Assembly (NCBI GenBank): GCA_001724265.1
Contig: MEDY01000317.1
Location: forward strand, 1-55,370
DNA: 55,370 nucleotides
Direction of reading: 5' to 3'
Origin: Rhizaria sp. SCN 62-66
Taxonomy: Eukaryota
Position 1 is the stretch's first letter. Each line of letters starts with the position of its first letter. Below the pieces are notes generated by a model. That model saw nothing but the letters and a program-made list of their open reading frames with translations, did no database searches and had not been told where the DNA came from. Below, in pieces: positions 9,754 to 20,246 of this stretch. Made by a program: the position numbers and the translations under genes.

Positions 9754-11925
9754 TCAGTCCCAGCGCGGCACCACGACGACCTTGCCGCCGTGCGTGCGGA
9801 TGCCGCCACGGCCCTCCACAACGACGTCGTCAGAGCTCTGCCCAGTCGCGCTCTCAACAGCAGCCTTCTCAGTCGCATTCTTCTCAGCAGTCGTCTTCTC
9901 AGCCGCAGTCTGCGAGGCGAGGCGCTCCCCACGCTCGCGCTTGCGGCCCTCGAAGAGCTCGAAGCCGGCCTCGACGCTGCGCACGGTCGTGTCCACGAAC
10001 GCGGTCACGGCGCCGGCGTCGGCCAGGCGCGCCAGGTGGGCTAGCGCGGCGGCGTTGGGTCGGAACACGGCCGGGGCAAAGCGCACGCCGCACTCGGCCA
10101 GCAGCCGGCCCTGCAGCTCGGCCACGGCCGCCGCCGCCGCCGCCGCGCCCGCCGCAACGCCCATGGCCCCCGGCGCGCGCGCGCGGCCGCCGTGGGCCGC
10201 GGGCGTGAAGTCCATCAGCAGTTTGTGCACCGAGACGTAGGTGCCGCCGCGGCGCAGCGCGCGCGCCGCCTGGAGCGGGTCGGCACCGCCGCAGTCGAGC
10301 AGCACGTCTGCGGGGCCGCACGGGAGCGGACGCGACCAGTCGAGCCCCGCGTAGTCGAGCACGGCCTCGCAGCCCAGCGCGCGCAGCGACGCGTGGTGGC
10401 GCGGCGAGCACGTCGCGGCCACGCGCGCGCCGTGCAGCCGCAGCAGCTGCACGGCGAAGCGGCCCAGTGGGCCCGAGCCGCCATTGATGAGCACCAGCGG
10501 CGCGCCCGCGGCCACCACGCCGCCCTCACTCTCGCACGCCGTTGCAGCCAGGGACGCGGGCTCAGACTCGGGCTTGTTCCCAGTGGCCTGGGTCTGGGGC
10601 TGGGTCGCGGTCTGAGGGGCGGGGGTGGGCTCGGTGCTGCTGGCTTTCGCGTTGCTGCTGCTGTTGCTGATGTTGTTGTTGATGCTGCTGCTGTTGCTGC
10701 TGATCGAGGGCGCGGGGAAGGCGCCGCGACGCATAAACGGCTTGCTACTACTGCTGTCCGCGTCAATACTAGCACCACCAGTCGGAGCAGAGACAGAAGA
10801 AGCAGGCACACTAGCAGTGGAGGGACTGGCATGACTGTTGCTGTTGTTGTTGGGAGCGACGGTGGCCGCGAAGTGGCTCGCCGCAGCGGCAGCCTTGCCG
10901 ACGAGCGCGCCCAGCCCGCTGCCCAGCCCGCCCGCGAAGCCGCCGAGCGCGCCAGCGTTGCTGCCGTCGCCGAAGCTCGCTGCCGCGGAGGCGGTGTTGT
11001 TCGCGGTGAAGGCGGCGCCGAGCTTGCCCAGAGCGCCGGCGCCGGCGCCGACAGCGGCGCCCGCGGCAGTGCCGACGGCGGCGGCGGCGGCGCCCGCGGC
11101 GGTGGCAACCTGTGCAGCGCGGGCGCCGGCGCCGAAGCCGGGGCCCAGCGCACCCGCGCTTACCGTCGCCGAGGCCGAGGCGACGGCGCCAGCGACTGCG
11201 GCGGCGGCGTTAAAGAGTGTGGCGCGCGCGTCGGCCGCGGCGGCGGCGGCGGCAGAGCGCGCGCGTTGGGCGCCGAGCGGGGCCGCGGGGGCCGTGTCGG
11301 GCGCGATGACGGCGGCGACGTCGACGAGCGCGGCCCAGGCCGTGAGCGCCGAGTACGGCAGCGCGGCGGCCTCGGCGTCGGTCAGGGTCGCGGGCGCGAG
11401 CGAGAGCTCCGAGGGACCCAGCGCGATGAAGCGTGCGTGCGTGCCGGGCGCGCGGAAGGGCGAGGGCGCAAACCACACGCGGTCACCGGCGCGGTAGTCC
11501 CAGACGCCCGCGCCGACGCGCACGACGCGACCGACGCCCTCGCGGCCCAGCACCACTGGCGGGCCGCCGCGCGCCAGCTCGAGCGCGTGCGCGCCGTAGC
11601 CCGCGGCCATGTCCGCGTCGATGGGGTTCACCGAGGTGGCCAGGACCTCGACCAGGACTTCGTGCGAGGCCAGCGCGGGCAGCGGCAGCGACACGCGCGC
11701 CAGCGCCTCGGCGGGCAGCGGCGAGTAGCGAGTCACGGCCACCGCGGGCATCGTCGCCGGCAGGCTCGCGGGGGCCCCGCGCGCGTGCGCCGCGCCGGCG
11801 CTGCGGGCGGAGGACAGGTGGCGCTAGGCGGGGATGTACAGCGGGAGCAACGTGGGAGCGAGCAGGCGCGGAGGGACGGCTACGCGCGAGCACACGCGAG
11901 CAGCAGCGCGGCGGGAGGCGAGCAT
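9754..11925 (-). CDS. RTN4IP1: Mitochondrial NAD(P)H oxidoreductase of the MDR family, RTN4IP1-like; presequence contains an in-frame TAG (11826-11824)
   Basis: EVLVEVLATSVNPIDADMAAGYG, PVVLGREGVG, EAAALPYSALTAW, VLINGGSGPLG, GGKVVV. An upstream in-frame ATG at 11925 adds an Arg-rich presequence with no acidic residues. TGA stop. Confidence 0.8.
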
Positions 11926-12523
11926 GCTGAGCGAGACCTGCGTGAAAGGCCGCCGGGAAAGAAAAATATGAAGTAATGGTGAGAAAAAAAGGAAATATTT
12001 AGGAATAAATACAGCGGTCTTCTAGTATATCTTCAAGGTGTCTCCAGAATGTTGATTGTGTGCAGCTGGAGCTAGGCATGCGGAGAGTGAGCAGGTGTTT
12101 GAAGCTTTGTCATCGTTGTTTCTTGCAAGTTGGGAAATTCAGGGGATGATGATCTTGCCCAGAGGTATTATAAAGGCTTCGTATAAGACGTTCACTCGCC
12201 ACACACATATAAGCATATAATTGTGTTTGACGATGGGTCAGTCGAGATTTTCAAATTAAAAGAGGCAAACGGCGTGCCAACCACATACGCAGACTAGAGC
12301 CGTTCGCCAAAAGAATGTTGGATCTCTGACGATATCAGAGCGAAAACCATGGTTTGAGAACGATTTCTGTTTAAAGTGTGACATTTTGGTATTATACTAG
12401 TATATTCCCTCTTAGTCGCGTATTTTCATCTTCTTCTCCCGCAGTTTGTGTTCCTGATTGCAGCCAAACGCAAAGAGATATTTTGGGCCGATATAGATCT
12501 TTTTCGACTACACCTCGTTTTTC

Positions 12524-13987
12524 ATGGCAGTTGCAGACTTGATGTCGCTTTCCCCAACAACGCAATCTAAAAAAGTGGAAGTGATAAAGACAGTTGTCAT
12601 GACGACCAGGATGTCAGAGTTAAAGGAGTTAATTGCTGTGTGCCTCGAGCGGGACCTCTTTGACTATCTTGCGCGGCTTCTAGATTCCTCATTGGATGAG
12701 CAAGACCACGACTGCACGCACGAGATAGTCCAGCTGCTTCAGGCCCTGGTGAACATGTCGACGCCCGCGGTCCTTGGGGCGCTGCTCGACTGCGGCGGCC
12801 TGGCTGAAGCGCTCTGCCGCGCGTTCACCGATGCGCAGCCCGACGCCGTGGCTACGGAAGCCGCCTGGCTGCTGGGCTGCCTTGCCGACATCGACCGCGA
12901 CGCCGCCGACGCGCTGGTCCGGCGCGGTGTGTTCGCCCGCGTTTGCGGGTTTATGTCCGAGCTGTACAGCGACAACGACGCCCCCTCGTTCGGAAAGGAC
13001 CTGAACTGCTCGCTGGCCTGGATTTTGAGCAAGTTCGCCTGCGCGACGCCGGCGCTGTCCCCGAGCGTGCTGGTGACGATGGTGCCGCTGCTGGGCCTTG
13101 TGCTGCACCGCGTCGTTGCGCGCCCGCACGCGTTTACTGCGCAGACCCTCGCCGTAAAGTCGCTGGCCCACATCTTCGACGCCGACTGCGACCCCGCGTG
13201 CTTCGAGAACCTCGTTGCCGGCGGCGAAGACAGCGTCTTCCACGCTGTGCTGGCCGACCTCGGCACGGACCACTCGGGACCCCGCGCCGCGCTGCTTTTG
13301 GTGGCCAAGGTCGCCGCGCTCAAGGGCGACGTCGCGGAGCGCGTCTTCACGCCGGCCGTGCTCGAGCGCCTGCGCGCATTCGCGTCGCGGCCCGCGTCCA
13401 ACGGCACGGACGGCTTCAAGGAGCAACTGATGGCAGTGGTCTCGCACCTGATGTGCAAGGGCCCTGCGATGGCGGCGCGCGTGTTCGCGTCGAACCTGCT
13501 GCAGACGGTGCTCGCGCGCGTGCCACCGCCGCCGCATAAAGGCCAAAGCTGGCACATTCTGTGGACGTTTATGAACGCTATGTCGACGATGGTCGCCGCT
13601 GTGCTGCATGCGGCGTCCGCGAGCGACGACAGCGACGGCGGTTCCCGGCTGGCGATGGCGCTGCTGCTGCACGACGCGGGCGTGATGAGTCACTGTGTGA
13701 AGGTGATTGCAGCTGCCACAGCCACGTCTGTGCTGCCTCCCACAACTTTAGTCGAGGTGATAGCTCTTATGATCGCGTCTGGCGACACGAACCCGGACCC
13801 CGCGGTGCTAGGCAAGGGCGCCAAGCCGCGCAATGTCTTTCTGGACGTATTCCTTGCAGAGGGCGGCCTCGGCGCGATGATGTGGTTGCGCCAGAGGAAG
13901 TTCGGGCAGGCGAGCACGACGAAGCTGGACTCGCTTGTGGAGGGTATTCTGGGAGGCATTGGGAAGGGCAATGCTGTGCCCTAGTGA
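12524..13987 (+). CDS. Divergent ARM-repeat (importin-alpha-like) protein, paralog of the 3583 gene
   Basis: 486-aa ORF with EAAWLLGCLA and LAWILSKFA (ARM helix-3 W motifs) and a C-terminal NVFLDVFLAEGGL. Ends TAG-TGA: 13984 under the standard code, 13987 if TAG is sense. Confidence 0.8.
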
Positions 13988-14877
13988 TGTGGGTCTGTTT
14001 TTTTTTTTGTTTTTAAAATACGTTAATACACATTTTCCCACTATTTTTATTTTTTTCAGCAAATTTCCCTTTGTAGCCATGACAGTGAGTCAGGCAGATG
14101 TGTCAGTTGCTCGCAAGTCTTGAATATGTATCGAAAGACGGCAAGCAGCATCACAAGTGAATCCATAAATACAATGTATTGTATATAAACAACAGAGATT
14201 TCTTTCAAAAAAACTTGAAACTAGCTGATTTGTTGACACATATCACAAAGTTCGCATAACAGCTTTCAAGTTCATGAAACAAATGCTCAAAGTTGCAACG
14301 TGCATGACAATCTGTAATCTATATTATACAGACAAAACATGAAAGCTATAAGCTACTTAAACATCCTTGCTGCCTATAATCTTCCTCTTGCTACACGTCT
14401 TTGAGAGCCCGAGCGCAGATGAGCCAGCTGAAAGCAGTGGCGCAACTTAAAGAATACGCTTCCAGTCTGAGTGGGAGCTGCAATCTTCGTGTTCAGACTG
14501 AAATCGACTAAATATACAAGGTTGATCAAGATAACTTTCACTTCACATTAATGTTAACTTGTTTAAAGACTATTAAAAATATTCATTTCTTGCACTGCAG
14601 CTGCTTTGCAGTATAATATTGTGGATTGGTTAAGTTGATCCCATTCTGCTTCCCTTCCTCTACATGATGTTCTTTGACGCGACATGTATCACGCTTAAGT
14701 ATAGATTCGATGCATTTTCAAGTTGTATCATACTTGTTATGTTATTTTATTTTATTGAATATAATTACCGAGACATCTTATAGTATGTTTATATCCCGCC
14801 GCTACTAACTCTTGATCTACTCTCGCACTTCCACCCATTCTGGCGACTCCATCTCTCTCTAGCTCTCTCGCCTCAAC

Positions 14878-15396
14878 ATGAAGTTCTCCTACATTGTTCT
14901 TGCCGTCGCCGGTCTGTCCGCTGTTGCGCTTGGCACTGAAGCGTCTTCCGTGCCCCGAAACGCCCCGCACGCGCGCTCCACCGCCGCCGCCACGCCTGCC
15001 TCCGCGCCCGCCGCCGCGCCCCTGTCGCGCTCCGCTGCGACGCCGGCGTCCCCACGCGCCGCGCCTGCCTCCCGCACAAGCGCGCCCCGCCCGGCGTCCC
15101 CCCGCGCGGCGTCTAACCGCGCCGCGTCCTCGACCAGCGCGCGCGCGGGCAACGCGGCCTCGTCGTCGCGCCGCAACGCGCCCGCGGCGCCGGGCTCGCT
15201 GGCGCGCGCGGCGGGCGCGGGCGCGGCGGCAGCGACCGCCGGAACCCCAGTGGCCACCGCGGCCGCCACGAGCGCGACCGGCGCTCCCGCTCCCGCTCGC
15301 GCTCGAGCGAGCGCGAGAGGGAGCGCGAGGCCCGTGGCAACCTGGGCTCGCGCCGCTAAAGTGCGCGCTTTTAAGGCTCTAAGGGCTAGACAATGA
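14878..15396 (+). CDS. Small secreted low-complexity Ala/Arg/Ser/Pro-rich protein; C-terminal frame uncertain
   Basis: CAACATG start; signal peptide MKFSYIVLAVAGLSAVALG; GC-rich island flanked by AT-rich DNA; repeated PASPRAA motifs. Confidence 0.6.
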   Translation: MKFSYIVLAVAGLSAVALGTEASSVPRNAPHARSTAAATPASAPAAAPLSRSAATPASPRAAPASRTSAPRPASPRAASNRAASSTSARAGNAASSSRRNAPAAPGSLARAAGAGAAAATAGTPVATAAATSATGAPAPARARASARGSARPVATWARAAKVRAFKALRARQ

Positions 15397-15861
15397 AGGC
15401 CTAGTGTCGCGACGGCGAGGACGAGGTCGAGGACGAGCAGAGTACGCACCACAGGGGGACCATCGGAGCAGCAGAGAGTTATAAGACGTACTGATTTGAC
15501 ATTGTGTGTGAATGTTAGCGAACAAACAAACAAAGTAAGCACAATACAGAAGGCTAGATAATCGAACAAGATCTTTGTATTTTCCGAGATTTCCATAAAT
15601 ATAGCGTATTTGTTAAGATAAATACGTACGGACTGAATTGGAGTTGGACGTACGCTCACATATCCTGATTGATTACTACAGTAGACTAGATAACAGTATC
15701 GTCGTGAGATGTAGGCTTAAGTACACTCACGAGAATTAAATATTTCACATACACAAGAAGATCGAGACTCACACTCGCTGCCGTCTCACTTTGCGCGTCG
15801 CACTCTTCTTCGTTGTTTTCAGCCGCCTCAACTTTCTCACGATTGTCAACTGTCAGCTTTC

Positions 15862-16917
15862 TCAGTACCCGCTGCCGCCGCGCTTGCCCGTCAGCGGGTT
15901 GATCGCGAGCGCGCTGGGCAGGCGCTTGTCGCCGACGTCGCCGCGGCCTGTGTCCGCGCCGCCGACGCTGCTGTCGCGGTCGCCCGTGCCGCCCGCGCCG
16001 TCGCCGTAGACGCTCTCGCGCTTGGTGTACCGCATGTGTTCCTCGTCCGAGAGGCGAAGCACGCAGGCGACAACGCGGCGACGCTCCTCGCAGAGCAAGT
16101 TGAAGGTGCCACACGCGCGGTGCGTCGTCATGCACTCGTAGGGGATCTTGAGCATCTGCAGGAACTCGTGCGCCGCGGGCGGCAGCGGCCGCAGCCCCGC
16201 GCCGGTGCCCAGGATGAGGTAGTCTGGCGAGGGCGTGAGCAGGTGGAGGAAGGCCAGCGCCTCGGGCGAGACGTCCTCCCAGCGCTCGACGGCCCACGCG
16301 AAGGCCATGGCGGGCGTGGCCACCACGGACGAGTGGTACATAATCTCGTTAATGCCGATGACGCCCGCGCCAAAGCCCGAGATGACAATCGAAGGCAGCG
16401 AGTGCTCCCGCCGCTCCGCCCCACCGCCCTCCGACAGCAGCTGCGCGCCAGTCACCGCGCCCTCGCGCGCGCCGCCGCCCGCAGCAGCAGCAGCAGCACC
16501 CGCAGCACCCGCAGCAGCGGTGCCGGCGGCGGCGGCAGAGGCGCCAGAGGCGGCGTTGGGGTCGCCCGCGGTGGCGCTGAGGCTGGCCAGGAGGCTGTCG
16601 ACCTGCGCGACGCCGTCTACGTTGACGGCCGCCGGGACGGAGACCTCCTCGAGCAGAGGGCCCGTGCGCAGCTGGGGGCGCACGGGGCCGCTGGCAGCGC
16701 CGGGGGCGGGGGCGGCGCGGGGCACGGAGGACGTGGGCGGGGAAATGCCGCCGGGGAGTCCAGCGAAGGGGCGCGCAGGCAGCGAAGTCACAGTGGTTAC
16801 AGAGGTCACAGAGAGCAATGAAGGCAGTGAGGCGCGCAGCAGGGCTGGCGACGCCGCAGCGCAGCCGCGGAGGCTGCGAGTACCGCGCGGGGCCGAGAGA
16901 AGAAAGCGGGACAGCAT
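15862..16917 (-). CDS. NDUFAF3: Complex I assembly factor NDUFAF3 (Mth938/DUF498 domain)
   Basis: Mitochondrial presequence MLSRFLLSAPRGTRSLR; PSPDYLILGTG, IPYECMTTHRACGTFNLLCEERRRVVACV; TGA stop. Confidence 0.9.
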   Translation of the reverse strand: MLSRFLLSAPRGTRSLRGCAAASPALLRASLPSLLSVTSVTTVTSLPARPFAGLPGGISPPTSSVPRAAPAPGAASGPVRPQLRTGPLLEEVSVPAAVNVDGVAQVDSLLASLSATAGDPNAASGASAAAAGTAAAGAAGAAAAAAGGGAREGAVTGAQLLSEGGGAERREHSLPSIVISGFGAGVIGINEIMYHSSVVATPAMAFAWAVERWEDVSPEALAFLHLLTPSPDYLILGTGAGLRPLPPAAHEFLQMLKIPYECMTTHRACGTFNLLCEERRRVVACVLRLSDEEHMRYTKRESVYGDGAGGTGDRDSSVGGADTGRGDVGDKRLPSALAINPLTGKRGGSGY

Positions 16918-17443
16918 TGGGAGACGGTCCGGGTTCTCTGCCTGTTGATGCGGAGTGACGCAGAGCAGCAAGAGCGAGTGAGGCAGCACAGGAAGCGGTG
17001 AGGGTAGGTAAGAATTGATAAGACGTGCGGGGACGTGTGAGTGACAGGTTAGCAAAAATAGAAAGTGGAAATCGATAGAAAACAACACAGGCAGTATGAG
17101 TACAGCGCGATCGGCTTATTGGTCGTCTGGAAGCACACAAACTCCGCGCTATCTATGAGAGCTCACTCGCAGCATGCCTCACAGCGTGGCCGAGGCTGGC
17201 TGGCGACAAAGTTTGAAGAGGAGCAAGATATCCTGCATGCTTTCTTACATCTCTACGTCCGTGTGCGCGCATATCACTGTGGAATTCATAATTAAACTTC
17301 TGTTTTTATTGCTAATATAAAATCATCATTTTTGTATCTGTCAATCTTGTAGTGTATCTTCTTCTGTAAGTTCGTCTCTCTCCTAGACAACAACGGCTAC
17401 AACCTTTTGCTTTGCCTGAGTGCCCGCCCGGCCCCCCGTGCCG

Positions 17444-19903
17444 ATGCAGTCGAACCCCTTTGTCTCCGCGCCGCCCACTGGCGCGGGCTCGTCCTTACTG
17501 GCCCGCTTCCCCGGCTCCGGCCCTGCCGCGACGCCCGCGCCCCAGACGGAGCAGGCCCGCGCGGCGCGCAGCCCCTGGCTCGAGGCCTGGGCCTCCCCCG
17601 CCGCCGGGCTAGCGCGCACCTCTACCAAGCTCTGCGCGCTCGCCGACCTAGGCTCCGACGGCGCCTCGCGCTTTGTCGTGGCCACGGCGGCCCCCGCGCC
17701 GCGCCTCCGCGTCTTCGGCGGCACCGCGCTGGAGAAGGAGCTGGCCCTGCTCGACTCGCCCGTCGCGCTTGCCACCTTCTACCCCGAGCGGCCCACCGCG
17801 CGCTCCGAGCCGCTGCTGGCCGTCGCAGCGGGCGCGGCGCTGTTCGTGTACCGCGCGCTGCGGCCTTACGCCAAGTTCGCGCTGCCGCGCGTGATGTCGC
17901 CCGAGAAGGACCGCATGGTGTGGGAGCAGGTCGCCGCCGCGCCCGCGGTGACGGCCGCGCTCACCGAGCAGCTCCACGCCATCCTTGCGCAGGCCTACGC
18001 GGCCGGGCACGAGCTTTCGGCGCGCTCCGTTGACTACCTCAACCTTGGCGCGGCCTCCGCGCTCGCCAACGCGGGCGTCAACGCCGGCGCCGGCAACGCC
18101 GGCAGCGACGCGAACTCAAGCAGCAGCAGCTACAGCAGCAGTGAGCAGAAGCAGGACGGCGACGACGACGCGACCAAGAGCGCCGACGCCAGCGCCGACG
18201 CCAGCGCTGACGCCAGCGTCGCCAGCGCGGCCGGCGCCGCGCCCGCCGAGTCCGCCGCCGAGGCCGCGCGGGCGGCGCTGGCCGCGCGGCGCGTGGCGTT
18301 CGTGACGGCGGCGCGCGCGCAGCCGCACCGCGACGCCGCCGCCGTGACGTGTCTGGCCGCGGTGCGGCGCGCTGCGATGGCGGCGGGCGAGGGCCACGGC
18401 GTGGGCGACCGCGTGCAGTCGACGCTCGTGGTCGGGACCGAGCGCGCACAGCTGCTGTTCCTCAACCCCACTGTCACTGCCGTCACGGCCACGGTCACGC
18501 TGCCCGCGCCGCCGGTCAAGATGCTCGTGCTGGCCGGCAACGACGACGCCGCGGCGGCGTTAGCTGCAGGCGGCAATGCCAAGAGCCTGCTGCAGGCCGC
18601 GTCCCCGTCGATGGCCGCGGGCGGCGCCGGCGCGGGCTCGGCCGCAGCGGGCGCCGACGACCGGCTCTACGTGGCGTGCCGCGACGGGCGCATCTACCTG
18701 GTGCATCGGCAGAAGCTCGTCGGCAGCGTCGTCGACACGCGCGGGCTCTACTGCGACTTCTGCCTGCTCGACGCGGGTCGGCTGCTGGTGGCCACTGCCG
18801 ACGCGCAGTTGCAATGCTACTACCTGCGCGGCCTGCGCGCCTACTCGCTCGCGCTGCCCGCGGCGGCCGTCTCGCTGACGCCGCTGGCCTCGGCGGCCGA
18901 CGCGGCGACGGCGACGGCGGGCGCGGGCGCCGTGGTGCCAGTGCTGGTGGCGCTGGCCAACGGGGAGATGCGCGTCTACGCCGACCGCCGCCTGACGCAC
19001 CAGTCGACGCTGCCGTCGCCAGCCGTGGCCGCGCGCTTCGGCCGCTACGGGCGCGAGGACGGCGCGCTCGTGCTCGTGCTCGCTTCGGGCGCGCTCCAGG
19101 TCAAGCTGCTGCACCGCCACGCGCAGCTCACCGGCAGTGCGGTCGCCGTCGCTGGCGCTGGCGCTGGCGCTGGAGCTGCTGGTGCTGGCGCGAGCAGTGT
19201 GAACGTGGCCGCGGGCACTGCGCTGCCGCCGGCGGGGCAAGACGTGCCGCTGCCGGTGCCCAAGAAAAGCCACCTCTTTGTGCAGCAGGCCGCACGCGAG
19301 GCCGCCGCCGCCGCCGCGATGCACGCCGCGATGCAGCGCGACCTGGCGCGGCTGCGTCTGCTCACTGCGCGCGCGCTCGCCGCCGCCGTCGGCGCGGGCG
19401 GCGGTGGCGCCGGGGCCGCAGGCGCGTCGGCCGCCGCCTCCGCGTCCTCCGGCGGCGGCGGCGGGCGCGGCGGCGCTGCGCTGCGCGNCGCCGCCTCCGC
19501 GTCCTCCGGCGGCGGCGGGCGCGGCGGCGCTGCGCTGCGCGTGGAGACGCAGGTGCTGGGTCTGGGCCCCGCGTTCGTGCTCGAGGTGACGGTGCGCAAC
19601 ACTGGTGCGCGGCCCGCGCACGGCGTCGTGGTGACCGTGAGCGCGGACCCGCGCGCGTTCCGCGTCGAGCGCGGCGCCGCCGTGCTGCGGCTGCCCGTCG
19701 CGCTTCCCGCGCTGCCCTACCGCCTCACCGTCCCGCTCGCTGTCGCGGCGGGCGCCGGCGCAGGCGCGGGCGCGGGGGCCACGACGGGCGCGGTGACGGG
19801 GGAGGTGCGCGTGACCGTGGCGACGGCGGGGGCGGATGCGCCTGCCGTGACGGCCGTCGTACCGATGCCCACCGTGCAGTTCGACGCCGCTGGGGCCGCT
19901 TGA
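17444..19903 (+). CDS. BBS1: Bardet-Biedl syndrome 1 protein (BBSome subunit)
   Basis: WLEAWASPAAGL, ALADLGSDG, LFVYRALRPYAKFALP, LVVGTE, FGRYGREDG, LPVPKKSHLFVQQAARE, MQRDLARLRL. One N at 19488 sits at a probable assembly join. Confidence 0.92.
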   Translation: MQSNPFVSAPPTGAGSSLLARFPGSGPAATPAPQTEQARAARSPWLEAWASPAAGLARTSTKLCALADLGSDGASRFVVATAAPAPRLRVFGGTALEKELALLDSPVALATFYPERPTARSEPLLAVAAGAALFVYRALRPYAKFALPRVMSPEKDRMVWEQVAAAPAVTAALTEQLHAILAQAYAAGHELSARSVDYLNLGAASALANAGVNAGAGNAGSDANSSSSSYSSSEQKQDGDDDATKSADASADASADASVASAAGAAPAESAAEAARAALAARRVAFVTAARAQPHRDAAAVTCLAAVRRAAMAAGEGHGVGDRVQSTLVVGTERAQLLFLNPTVTAVTATVTLPAPPVKMLVLAGNDDAAAALAAGGNAKSLLQAASPSMAAGGAGAGSAAAGADDRLYVACRDGRIYLVHRQKLVGSVVDTRGLYCDFCLLDAGRLLVATADAQLQCYYLRGLRAYSLALPAAAVSLTPLASAADAATATAGAGAVVPVLVALANGEMRVYADRRLTHQSTLPSPAVAARFGRYGREDGALVLVLASGALQVKLLHRHAQLTGSAVAVAGAGAGAGAAGAGASSVNVAAGTALPPAGQDVPLPVPKKSHLFVQQAAREAAAAAAMHAAMQRDLARLRLLTARALAAAVGAGGGGAGAAGASAAASASSGGGGGRGGAALRXAASASSGGGGRGGAALRVETQVLGLGPAFVLEVTVRNTGARPAHGVVVTVSADPRAFRVERGAAVLRLPVALPALPYRLTVPLAVAAGAGAGAGAGATTGAVTGEVRVTVATAGADAPAVTAVVPMPTVQFDAAGAA

Positions 19904-20246
19904 GAGCCAGAGCCAGACCGAGAGCGAACAGCACTAGAAAGGACAGGCCCCGCCTTGCTTCAGAGTCGATATGCAGGCCCGTGCATTCGCTGTGGCGAAT
20001 TGTGTAAGTTCAAATGCTCTTGTTGCGTATTGTACGCGATACGAGTCTCTGACTTATAATACATTGATTCTTTCTGTGTTTAATTCCATGCTCGATCGTG
20101 CTGAGACTTGAACTCAAAGCTGCCTTTGTGCGAAGTACAACTTGAAAACAATTTGTGGTGAGCCTTGAAGCTTCCACCCTGGGGCAAGGTCGACTTGAAG
20201 ACAAACAGATTTTTGACTGAGTGTTCCGAACAAAACATATGGTATA

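Noticed and set aside
3664-11826. Pyrrolysine or selenocysteine-type recoding of the in-frame stops
   Set aside because: The sites are non-catalytic, Sec uses UGA, and Pyl is not known in eukaryotes; a global reassignment is simpler.
10192-11976. 594-aa antisense ORF over RTN4IP1, and similar long antisense ORFs over other genes
   Set aside because: High GC3 bias depletes stops on the opposite strand; no recognisable domains.
17366-17386. Possible 21-nt GTAAGT..TAG mini-intron before BBS1
   Set aside because: Far shorter than every supported intron, with an atypical donor for this genome; untestable without cDNA.
19432-19541. About 55-nt tandem duplication in BBS1 (AASASSGGGGRGGAALR twice)
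   Set aside because: The two copies flank a single N at 19488, typical of overlapping contig ends joined by a scaffolder; probably an artefact.
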